Origin: Paragordius varius | Taxonomy: Eukaryota; Animalia; Nematomorpha | Direction of reading: 5' to 3' | Assembly (NCBI GenBank): GCA_964247055.1 | Contig: OZ176051.1 | Coordinates: forward strand, 4,402,001-4,466,000 | DNA: 64,000 nt | In this document: positions 1-11,609 of the stretch, one piece after another | Position numbering within the stretch: the stretch's first letter is position 1 | How the letters are laid out: every line of letters starts with the position of its first letter | Made by a program: the position numbers and the translations under genes | The notes under the pieces: generated by a model | Database searches by the model: none | What the model saw: only the letters and a program-made list of their open reading frames with translations | Told to the model about the DNA's origin: nothing

Positions 1-20
1 TGTATGAAAAATTATCTTAC

Positions 21-340
21 ATAAAACGATATTTGAGGTGGTATGGGTTGGCCCATCATATTATATGTTGTTTGATGTGAAGGTTGATTTTCAAGTGTCG
101 GTATTGATTGTTGCACGGGTACAGTCATTTGTGATTTATTGTTGTAATTTAGCTGGTTAGTTGTCGTAATCGAATTTAACGTATTTATATGGCGGCCATT
201 ATTAATATAATCATTATTTGTTGGTAATGAATTTCTTTTATCATTATTGGTATTAAACTTTGTTGGGTGGTTGTCGGTTTCCATTGTTTTTAGTACATTT
301 TGGGGTATTTTATTGGGCTGTAGGTTCAAAGTTGTGTTGA
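21..340 (-). CDS. UBAP2L: Copy of exon 10 of the UBAP2L-like gene (VNTTLNLQPNKIPQ...PIPPQISFY)
   Basis: Matches 15388-15707 at offset 15367; AG acceptor at 341-342 and GTAAGA donor at 20-15. Confidence 0.8.
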
Positions 341-678
341 CTATAGAAAATAATGTAAATATAATAAACAGTTAAAAAATAAATCGTGTTTTTATATGTA
401 TTTAAAAGATTAATTTAATTTAAAACCACCTGAAAACCAGCTCATGGGTGTTTTAAAATGCCAAAATTTATTGAATGTATACAAAATGTTAACAAAGTAT
501 GTAAGCTTACTATCAAAAGGACCAATGCCTAAAAATGATTGAAAATCAAAAAATGAATTTTAGATTGGTAATAAATAAAAAATTGGTTAAATGGATATTT
601 AAAGCGAAAATCACAGTTTACAAAAAAGTTTTTTTTATAAAACTTCTCGTTACTAATATGCGATATTTAAATCCGATT

Positions 679-878
679 NNNNNNNNNNNNNNNNNNNNNN
701 NNNNNNNNNNNNNNNNNNNNNNNNNNNNNNNNNNNNNNNNNNNNNNNNNNNNNNNNNNNNNNNNNNNNNNNNNNNNNNNNNNNNNNNNNNNNNNNNNNNN
801 NNNNNNNNNNNNNNNNNNNNNNNNNNNNNNNNNNNNNNNNNNNNNNNNNNNNNNNNNNNNNNNNNNNNNNNNNNNNNN
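679..878. other. Scaffold gap (200 N)
   Basis: Run of exactly 200 N. Confidence 0.99.
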
Positions 879-942
879 AATATTCAAATTATCAATTTTT
901 TTATGTCCTTTCATTTTACAAAATATACACATTGATATAATA

Positions 943-1196
943 TAGTAACGAGAGCTATTATTGGTCATTTCAGTCTCTTAATTGGCTTAATAAACATATT
1001 TGCTGATATGTTTAATTTTTATTTTAAGTAGTCGTCCTTAAAATTACTGTTACATTACAACAATGGAATATTCAATCTTTCAATTAAAAAAAAACGAAAA
1101 TAATTAAAATGAAAAATCTTAACAACTGACATGTAAATAACCCAAATAGCCATTCAAAATACCAAAATAAATGACAAATATTAGCTCTCGTTACTA
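943..1196. mobile_element. Small TIR element (MITE), probably TA-flanked
   Basis: 15-bp perfect inverted repeat TAGTAACGAGAGCTA (943-957) / TAGCTCTCGTTACTA (1182-1196). Confidence 0.55.
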
Positions 1197-2122
1197 CGGT
1201 ATAAAGATAAATATCAATTTTGTTGTGTATACAAGCAACAATAATAAAAAAGTTACAAAAGTTTTGCCGTAAAATTTCATTACATAATAAAAATTAAATA
1301 CAAAATACATTCATTCCATTCCATAAAAGCCACATTATAATATAAGCAATAAAAATAATAATTATAATTATTATTATTATTATGTAATCGAAAAAATAAG
1401 ATATAAAAGTTTTACTTAAAGGAAAAAAAGGAAAGAAAAGGTATTTATTTTGCATTTTTTCATTACTACACTACTTGATTCATAAAACCTACCATTGTCG
1501 CTTTAATAATATTCCAGGAAACATTTATATGTGACAAAAATGAAAAAAAAAACATTTCATATTACTCATTACCAATAACAGTACAAAAATTTTTTGTATA
1601 AAATTAAAGCCAAAAACTAGACGAAATTTGATATATAATAATTTTAGATTATCGAAACATTTTTATCCTTAGAATTCTAGTAATATTACTAAAAATTAAA
1701 ACCGGAAACTATTTTTTTCGGAAAATATAGTTGTGGTGTCACTTTCTTATACCTTGTAACATAAAAATGTAAAATTGTACAACTAGAGATAAGATGTCTT
1801 ATCCCAACACAAATATGATAAGAATGTAATAATTAAATATTAGGTGCGGTTAATGCGTGTTTATAAATAAATAATCTTGAATATTATTTAGTTTTTTGGA
1901 TAAATATTTTAATTATATTACACTTTGAATATTTTATTTTGTAAAAAAAACTTGTTATATATTAAAGTTTTGAGAGAAAATTATTAAACTAAAACGATTC
2001 TATGTAACCATAATTTGTACTCTCGTAAAATTAATGTAATATTAATCAATATACAAGTTTTTTATATGGCAAATAAAATTAAAGAAATGATGATAAAACT
2101 AAAAGAAAAACAATAAATATAC

Positions 2123-2421
2123 TTTTTACACAGGTTATTTAAATACTGATCTGTAACTGTTTTATCCAACCCTTTTATATACAAATTTGTCTTTGAGAGA
2201 ATATATTGACGGCCGCCAATCGTTGCGGTTTCACACTTAGTAGCTTTACAAGATGCATTTAAAGTAGAATTTTCTTGGGATGTATATAAGGTTGGAGAAT
2301 CCAATGTTTCAGACATTGATGAAATTTTTAAATTGGTTAAAGATAAAGTTATTGCACCGGAATCATGGGCAGATGTTTTAATATCTTGAAAAGAGGACGA
2401 ATAAGTGATTTTAACATTATC
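2123..2421 (-). CDS. RBMS: Exon encoding the start of RRM1 of an RBMS/MSSP/alan shepard-like RNA-binding protein; downstream exons lost at the gap
   Basis: Open frame DNVKITYSS...MSETLDS...LSKTNLYIKGLDKTVTDQYLNNLCKK, closely matching the RBMS1-3/Shep RRM1 start (LSKTNLYIRGLPPxTTDQDLVKLCQ). TTTTTAG acceptor, GTATAT donor. I found no YGKIVSTKAILDK-type exon in 879-2122. Confidence 0.8.
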
Positions 2422-2942
2422 CTAAAAATATTATAAAAAAGCTTACTTTGAAAACGGGTTCAAGGGAAATTTTGGATTCTATTGTGGTGAGAGTTAACTC
2501 TAAAACTATAATATATATTTATCAAACCTTTCTTCCCTTTGGTTAACTTTGATTTTAAACCAACACGTGGTTTATTATTAAAATTTGAAGACATTAAAAC
2601 CAGCTAGTTAAGTCGATCCTTAAAAACATGTGGTATATTAAACGCTGTTGGACACATTTGTAGAATGAAAAATTAGGCTGTGGTCGGTAAAAATATTTAT
2701 TTTTGGTTTCACTTTGATTCAAATTGGGGTATCTAAATACCTCAGATAAATTTAAGTTAAATTTTTTATAAAACTACTGAAAGAAACCAATTTAAATTTA
2801 TGCTTCTATCCTAATAAAAATTAAACTATGCCAAAATATCCAAATAATATTTTGTTTTAAAAAAAAGTTCCATGTCAAATTACTTCGACGCCATTTTTAT
2901 TTTATAAAATTTTTGCAAAATATCGTCTTCATTTAATTTTAA

Positions 2943-3517
2943 CACTTGTATACAATACATTCATCTTAGTCCTTCGATTCAAATTGGGATAGTTAAATAC
3001 CCCAGGCCTGTTTAAAATTAAATTCTTTAAAATATATGGAAGGAATCGATACCATGGCATAATCTTGCACCTATATAACATTAATAAACCGAAATATATA
3101 AAAAATATATATTCAAAAATACTTGATATAACTTATTTTAAGCTAAAACCGAAAGGTAAAAATTTATTCAACGTGACATGCTTATAGTAAAATTGAAAAA
3201 TAATACCAAATAAACAGCTTTTTCTATTTCTATCAATGTTAGATGTCATTTAAATAAGAAATTAGTTTAAATATTACCCTTAAAATTAAATGAAGACGAT
3301 ATTTTGAAAAAATTTTGTAAAATCAAAATGGCGTCGAAGTAGTTTGACATGAAACTTTTTTAAAAAACAAAATTTACTTTAGATATTTTGGCATATTTTT
3401 ATAATTATTAGGATAAAAGCATAAATTTAAATTAGAACCGTGTCCTTGAGTAGTTTTTTAAAAATCCTAATTGAAATTTAGTCTGGGTTATTTAGATACT
3501 CCAATTTGGATCGAATG
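2943..3517 (+). mobile_element. piggyBac-like MITE nested in an oppositely oriented copy of the same family (about 2710-3850)
   Basis: TTAA at 2939-42 and 3518-21. The flanks 2710-2940 and 3520-3850 join to give the reverse-orientation element seen uninterrupted at 30535-31105. Confidence 0.7.
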
Positions 3518-4186
3518 TTAAAGGGAAAATTAAAGCTAAATTTTTATTTAAATTACATCTAACATTGATAGAAATAGAAGGTTTTTTTTTTCTTATTTTT
3601 ACCATTGCACACATGTCACGTTGTCTAAAGTTTTACCTTTCGGGTTTAGCTTAAAATAAGTAATATCAAATATTTTTAAATAAAAATTTTATATATTCCG
3701 GTTTATTAATGTTATATCAATGCACATTTTGCCATGGTTTCGATTCCTTCCATATTTTTTAAAGTATATAATTTTAACCAGGCCTGGGGTATTCAATTAT
3801 CTCAATTTGAATCGAAGGGCTGAAATGAATGATGTGTTGTATCCAATTAAGCCAGTTGTAGTCACAGAAAATTTTTAAAAAATATCATCTTGCCTCAAGG
3901 ATCGCGCACCAATTTTATAATTCTTTGACAACAGATAATTTTATAATCAAAATGAGTATATCAAAAAATATAATAAATATTCATAGCCATAAAATAGGAC
4001 TTAGGGCCGCTTCCACTTTTTAAAACCAAATATTAACCAAGAACTTATGTAATGAAGTTATTGGGATATTTAGATTATATTTTGAGACTTTTTTAATTTA
4101 ATATTTACTTACCAAGTGTTCTTTGTACTAGAGCTTTAAAATAAAAAAGCGATTAATTTGTTTTTGCTAGGATATGATTATCATAT

Positions 4187-6489
4187 CTAGAGGGCCCTGT
4201 CACGCTTCGCTGTGACTTAGTCTCACGGATAATTATTCTTATTAATTTGCAATAAATAGAGGTAATGGAGAGGAAAATAATAAAAAACATATTTACTAAA
4301 TATCTTTAATTATTCTTTTACAGGTTTTTGCATAAGCTCAAATATTGTTTACTCGAAATAAACCATATTTAAACTGTCCCTTAATAAAGTTAATATTCAA
4401 CTATCATTGGATTTATTTTGAGATTTTCGTTTTATGAAATCATGGTTAAAAGCTTATTTTATTTTGAATTTGTGTTTACACATCCGGGATCAAGGGATAT
4501 AAAAAGTAAATCATTTGTGGTCCCTTTTTAAAGAAAAAGAATGATATTATACAAATCCCCCAGAAATGTGTTTAACTAAACTCATATGTTTCTTAAGTTT
4601 TTTGAAAATTAGCTCCAAAACCACGCCCTTTTTATATGGCGTCTTAGTTTTAAACCGACCCCTACCCATAGACCTTTATAAGAAAAAGCGAGTAAAATTC
4701 TTTGCCTTTAGGGCAAATATTTGTTCATCTTTGATACCATCGTCTCATATGCAAAAATAATCGTTTTATGATGACGTATTTTTGGAGCATAAAGGCCCCA
4801 AATTAATGGCTAATAAAAAAACGCCTGAACTTTTTACCTGGTTACGGGTAATATAGCTTTACATAAGCTCATATGGCTTCATAAACTTTCTGTAAATTAG
4901 CTCCAAAACAACGCAATTTTTGTATAATGGCGCAGTTTTTGGCGGGTAGCTCTTAACCCAGGGGCAAATATAAAATAAGCGTTGGGCAAAATTTTTGCCT
5001 TTATGTGGGGAATATCTGGAATTATCATGGATTCCATATGTTCTTATTAGACATATAGGTCAGAAATTTGGTTCCAAGGGCATGCTATATTGATAGATGA
5101 CGCAGTTTTACGCGGGTACCCTCCTAACCAGGGGCGTAACAAAAAAGGCTCAATTAAAATTTTTGCCTTTATTTGGATAATACCTGGAATCATGATTGAT
5201 TGCATATGCTCTCGTGAAATTATAAAAAAATTTCCTTAAAACCAAAGAGTTATTCTATGGTGGCACATTTTTACGGGCAAGGGCCTGGGTAATATTTTAA
5301 GCCCTTATTGAACTCTATGACCTGAAAAGTTTTTTGCCTCCAAAGTCACGATGTATCGATATGGTGGCGCAGTTGTTGGTGGGTAACCTCCTGCCCATAG
5401 GACAATGTAAAAAAAAATTTCCTGTATAGGGAATACATGGAATCATCATTCATTCCATATGTTTTTAATAGTTTTTGGAGAATGGCTTCATAACTAAATA
5501 ATAGTTGAATGATATTTTATTAGGGCGTAAAGGCCCTAATTAACGGCTAATTCAAAAAAACCGCCCGACTTAAATTTTTCCCTTTATACGGGGAATATTT
5601 CGGGCCCTTATTAATCTTATATGGCCTGATAGTTTTCTGAGAATTAACTCCTAAACAACGCAATTTGGATATGGTGGAGCCGTCGGTTAGGTCCCTACCC
5701 AGAGTCTGATACAAAAAAAGCGCTTGATTAAAATTTTTGTCTTTTTACGGAAAATACCTGGAATCATGATTGATTCCATATGCTCTCATTAGTTTTTGGA
5801 AAAATTGCATCAAAATTAAAAAACATTCTATGGTGGCGCATTTGAGGTGTGAAGTGCCTAATTAACGGCTCATTTTAAAAAACCGTACGACCTAAATTTT
5901 TGCCTTGTTACGGGTAATATTTTAAGCACGTATTGAACTCATATGGCCTGGTAGGTGAAATTCAGCCCCAAAGGCACGCTATTTCGATATGACGGGGCAG
6001 TTTTTGCAGGTATGTCCTTGAGCAGCCAATATAATAATGCGCACGACTAAAATTTTTACCTTATCTGGAATCTTCATTAAATATTTACGGTCTCATACCC
6101 TGGGCAAAAATAGATTCGAAAAATTATTTTTGTGGACATAATTTTTTGAAAAAATGGCATTTTACGGGGGGAGCGGGTAAAAAGAGGGCCTAAATTAAAA
6201 AAGCAAGCCGACTATGTTCGGCGCAATCGAAAGTAAAAAATCATATTTGAAATCGAATGGTCCAACACATTTTCTGGAATATTTCAAAGACACGATTTTT
6301 GTGGACCTCTTTCAAAAAAACCCGTTTTTTACACGGGGTGGGCCCGAACTGGTGGCCTAAGTCAAAAAAGGGCGAATCGCGGCATTCATTAATGATTATA
6401 GTTTTTCGACATTTGGATTTGAATAAGGCTACCGGTTTTCTGGAAAGAGAACACAAAGCCAGCATTTTCCATGTTTATAAATATATAGA
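4187..6489 (-). mobile_element. Related Helitron copy with an internal degenerate tandem array; 3' end tentative
   Basis: A|TCTATATATTTATAAACATGG at 6489. 6100-6489 is the reverse complement of about 56919-57330. GTCACA-GCGAAGC-GTGAC hairpin plus CTAG at 4187-4216 on the same strand. Confidence 0.55.
4560..6110. repeat. Degenerate tandem array, units roughly 290-440 bp
   Basis: Recurrent motifs AGCTCCAAAAC-ACGC (about 4611, 4899, 5336, 5646, 5963), GGAATCATGATTGATTCCATATG (about 5019, 5186, 5439, 5761, 6067) and TGGCGCAGTTTT. Confidence 0.7.
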
Positions 6490-7729
6490 TTATAATAACT
6501 TGAATACAAAGGAGTTAAATGTATACCCTAGGCCAACAATTAATATTTAAAAAACACTAAAAAGGAGGTCACAATTTAGATTTTATGAATCTATTTTAAC
6601 ACTTTTTGACTTTTTCTATTTTGTGCGAGATCTGTATTAGTTTTCTACCCGATAGATAAAAGTAGTAATCAAACTACTGTGAATGTAAGTAGATATTAAT
6701 ATAACATTAGGTAAAAAAGCTTATATTTTTACAGTTTTCTAACTTCTAAATAATAAAATTGGGACAACTCCAGAACATAATTGACAAACAGTTGATAATT
6801 ATAATATATCAGTCGTTCGTAGCCTAAACGCTTTTTAAAAGTTAATTATTCACATTTTTCAAACATAATATACATTTGTTGCCTGTTGCATTCGCAGTTT
6901 AAAAAAAAATAAAAAAATTGCTGCGAAAAAAATTGAAATGGGGATTTTTTTACAATTTATATTATAAAAAAGTTTGTATCATGCGCATAAAAGACTAAAG
7001 AAACCATATTATTAAATTTGGCCCAATTTTATAAATATTTTTAAGATTTTGAAATTATAATGGACATGGGGAATGGTATTACTCCAAAAGGTCAAAGAAA
7101 AAAAGCCAAAATAAATAACCCAAATTACATTTAAAAAAACCATTTTTAGTTCACATCATTAAAAAATAGTGTAATCACATTTGAAAAATGCTTTAATTCG
7201 CATTATATTTAACGTTAGCTAATGCACATATGTCATGTCTAAATTTTTGACTTCAGGTTTATTCAGAAAAAAGAAAATTCCACATCATTAATAAATATAT
7301 TTTATATTTCAATGCATCAATGTTTTAAATAATGCTATTTTCAAATGATTCAATATACATTCCATAATTTTGAATATAATTTATTTAACAAGATGGCCGC
7401 CAACTACCCAATTTGTATCGGAGGACTAAGGAGTTTTTAAAGATTCAGTTAATTTTTTTCCGTAGACAATACTGCGTTCAAAATCGGGGGGTATAAAAAT
7501 ATGATGAAATATATAAATTCTTAGGAAAACGTACCAGGATTATCATGGTTTTTTTAGTTTTGGCACTTAAGAGCGAATTAGGAATTATTTACACTTTTGT
7601 GGTAAGGGCTCCATATCAAAAAATGGCAAAATTTGTATAATAAATAAATATTTTTTGGTAAAAGCTAAATGCTTTATTTTAAAATATCACTAAAATATAT
7701 AAGCTGCATATAAAAAGCAAAAATAAAAA

Positions 7730-8073
7730 TTTTTATTCAAAAATAGTTGATATTACTTTTAAGCTAAATCCGAACGGTAAAAATTTAGTCAACGTGACAT
7801 GTGTGCAATGGTAAAGTTGAAAATATTACAAAATAAACCGCTTTGTATTTTTCTATCAATGTTAGTTTGTAAAATAAAAATGGCGTCGAAGTAGTTTGAG
7901 ATGGAGCTTTTTTTAAAAACAAAATTTTATCAAGATGTTTTGGCATATTTATATAATATTTATCAGGATAGAAGCATAAATTTAAATTGGGACCGTTTCC
8001 TTCAGTCGTTTTTTAAAAATATTAATTTAAATTCAGTCTGGGGTATTTAGATACCCCAACTTGAATCGAAGTG
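7730..8073 (+). mobile_element. 5'-truncated copy of the piggyBac-like MITE
   Basis: Ends GGGGTATTTAGATACCCCAACTTGAATCGAAGTG|TTAA. Confidence 0.65.
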
Positions 8074-10174
8074 TTAAAGCGTTGCTATACCATTCACACT
8101 CAAAACACAGTGTCCACAAAAAAATCCTGATGAATTATAATGGTTTTGGCTCTTACGAGAGATTTGAGATTTCATGACCTTTTATTGTAGTCTTATATCC
8201 CAGAACGATTGGAAATTTGGATATCTTTAAAATAATTTAAGATAATAAACCGAATTTAAAAATATGATTTCTTTAGCCTTTTAGGCGCACAATACAAATT
8301 TCTAAATTATGTAAAATTGTGAAAAAATCTTTATCTCAAACATTGGCCGCCATTTTTTGTTTAAATTTTTTAAATCGCTAAAACAATAGGGAAATAAAGT
8401 ATATTATGGTTAGCAAATGTAGACACATAAACTTTAGTAAGATTTCAGGTTATTTTTTATCAGCGAAAATTGAATTTTATTTCAATCGTTTGGGAACTGT
8501 CTTAATTTTAGACGCTAGAAATTACAATATTTTAATATAAGCCTTTTTGTCTATTAAAGGCGAACAATGTTTAATAATTAAATTTAAATAAAACCCTCAA
8601 AACAGCCCTCTTTTGTGGTAACCGCTCCATATCAGAAAATAGCAAATTTTGCGCACATTTTGTAGAATAAAGTTTTTTGGTAAAACTAAATTCTCCATTC
8701 CTTAAAATATATTTATGTATAATAAGCTACGTATGAAAATTCCGAAAGTCCCAAATTTTTTTGCTCTTCTCTGAGCTACTTGTCATAAAATAATAAAAAA
8801 TCCGAGATTGAGCGATAAATATTAAATACTTTTAAAAAAAGCATATCAAAAATCTAATTAGCGAATTTTGTCGAAGCCTTCATACTATTAGCATGATGAA
8901 ACCGTATAAAAACGCTTAAAGATACTACTTTTAATTTAAAGGTGCGCTTTCTTAAAAATTTTGGTAAATTATGTAAAAATATTTTAAATATAAAGACCAA
9001 CAAATATTTAGGAAAATGAAATAAGATAATTTTTTCAGGTTACGCCTTCTCATAATTTTTAGTTCAAGAATAATCCCTAAATATCAACAGCACCATAAAT
9101 TGTAGCGAGCATAATTATTTACCCACGGAAAATGAGTCATGCCATATATCATTGGTCAAACTGCAGCCCACGAACCGGATTCGATCCTTAAATCGATTTT
9201 TCTGGTCACCTGCAAAAATAAAATTTCATCATGCAAGTCTAAATCGACTCACATCACAATATTAGGATTATATTTGGAATGTGATGAAAAAACAAAAATC
9301 TCGCCATTTTAAATAATGTGATACTTAATTAAACATATTTTTAATTTATGATTGAAAACATGTTTATTAAATCAATACACTTACTCTTATTTTTGAATTA
9401 ACGTCATTAAAAATTATGCGTGACCAATAGCGATTATTTATAAAATAAAGATCACAAACTGTATACATTACACCAGAAAATGTGACTAAATTTTCATTTA
9501 TTTCTTATCGGCACACCTTATAAAGCGCAAAAAACATGTATGATACTTAAAAAAGGATATGATGCCAGAGATTTTAAAATTGCCATAAGCAATCAACCTA
9601 AATATATTTTAAAACTAAATTGGTGTACAACTGTTTGACATATTATTTTTACGAAAGAATAATATACGCAAAATATAGTATTTATTAATGCAACGAATTA
9701 AAAGTTAAATATGGTTGGTATTATATATATATAATGGTAAAACATCCATAATATATGGCAAAACAAAATCCAAATGTATATGTATTCGTTACTATCCAAA
9801 AAATAAAAAGAATGTTGTTCGATTAAGGTAGAAATTCTTAGAGAAAAACAAAATAGTTGTGTTATGACTAAATTATTGTTGGTGTGTTAATATTCAATAA
9901 TAATAATCCAATTTGTTGTGTAAACAATTATTTATAAAAATATTAAAAATTGATCCAATATCAATAGCATACAAATCTCCAAATTTAGCCAAAAAATAAT
10001 GTAAAGAAAATATAGTTGGGTAAATCTACACAAATTTTGTCTTTAATAAACGGCGCATTGAAATTTCCAAAATATAAGATATCACATAATGGACATATGT
10101 TACGTTCAAAATCAGCATAGCCCCACGTAAAATATCTTTTGACTGACGAAAAAAATCCAAAATAACTAAAATTT

Positions 10175-11574
10175 TCAATTCCCTTGATTCCAATACAATG
10201 GTTGCCCAGAATTCAAAGAAGATCCAGTTATAGACGGTCTGTTATTGGGTGTAACTGTAAAATATAGATACATAAACTTTATTAAAAATGGTAGTCAAAA
10301 ATTAAATTAAAATGAAGTACTAATAATTTATTGTAAAATCTATATAACAAATAAACACATTATAAAAAGGTGTGGCTCTTGCTCTTTTTTAAAGATGAGT
10401 TATGATATAACAAAATAATTTTTTTATTTAATTAACAGTGTGCATGCAAGACAGCATGCAAAATTAATTCAGATGTTAAACCAAGCTTAATATAATAATT
10501 GTGTAACACCTTATGAAAAACAAATTATTTTATATATAAGCAATGGTATAATTTAATTTGTTTGCAGAAAAATATAAAAGTCATATGCATGATAACTTAA
10601 ATATCATTGTTGATCAACACATAAAATAGGTAGTGGACACATCAAACCTTGCAAAAAAATTTAAAATAGGAATAAAAACGATATTCATTTAATATGAGTA
10701 TCTTGGAGCACTATTCCCTAGATTAATTCTATAAATTTAATTAATTTTATTAATATAAGTAATGTGTATAATATTGTGTACAATTCAAATACAACAATAA
10801 AAAAGCAGTTAAAAATATTTTCAAAAAAATCATTTATTTAATAACAATTACAAATTACTTAAATCCAAATTAAACGTAACATTAATAGGAGATCACAATA
10901 TTACAAGTTCATTAACTCGTTTAAACTTATGGTGTTCTGTATTTATAAAATATAATTTTACCCTGTAATAAATATAATATATATCCGAGATTTTTTAATG
11001 TGTAAATTAATATAACGTCCAAAAAATGATGAAATAAAAAGGTAAATTTAAATATTTTTAAAATACAATAACCCTATATAAGATTAATGTAAGAAGGTAA
11101 TATACTAAAAAAATGACATAAAAATCACTAAGGTTTAATTGAGGCAAATCCATTGAATTGGGGTTTATCAATCTTTCATTCATATAAAGCCAAACTTTTC
11201 AAATATTTTTAACTTATCAATATACAATTTTTCATTATAAATAATGGAAATAATTTCAATTTTCTAAATACTCAAAAAAATAAAAGTAAGAGTAAAATAA
11301 ATGGCCAATTAAATATTTTTTCTCTGTCTCGGATAAAGTTAATTAATTTAGTTGTATAAATTACCTTTCTGGCTGTTATCATTATGAGTCAATGTAGAAG
11401 GAGGCAAACTTAAACCATTACCTGCGCTGGATGATGAAACTCCACTACTCCCAGTTCCTAAATAAAGGAAATAATAAATATATATATAAACTAAAAGAAA
11501 GAAAATAAATGTCTAAATATTTCGTACATAAACTATATTATTTAAATTTTTATATAAGTGTTTCATATATATTA

Positions 11575-11609
<35 letters not shown>

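Larger units (their letters stand above)
2447..9307 (-). other. Tentative 5' exons of the RBMS-like gene (9253-9307, 9123-9209, 2447-2497/2499)
   Basis: GTGAGT donor at 9252, TTTTTGCAG acceptor at 9210 (43-nt intron), GTAAAA donor at 9122. ATG at 9152 gives MIYGMTHFPW in phase 0, compatible with LTLTTIESKISLEPVFK (2447-2497) and with the 2421 exon. No homology support. Confidence 0.4.

Noticed and set aside
535-968. ORFs spanning the N gap (also 33683-34035)
   Set aside because: Artefacts of translating N as X.
1441-1700. Next RRM exon of the RBMS-like gene
   Set aside because: No frame encodes the expected YGKIVSTKAILDK...GYGFVDF; the gene presumably continues beyond the contig end.
4560-6110. 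CRISPR-like or coding repeat array
   Set aside because: Eukaryotic locus; the units are long and degenerate, with no fixed repeat and unique spacer pattern and no long ORF.
6257-6550. ORF with a similar partner at 56915-57166 (SKTRFLWTS), suggesting a small gene family
   Set aside because: Both lie inside Helitron copies and the frame is not conserved between them.
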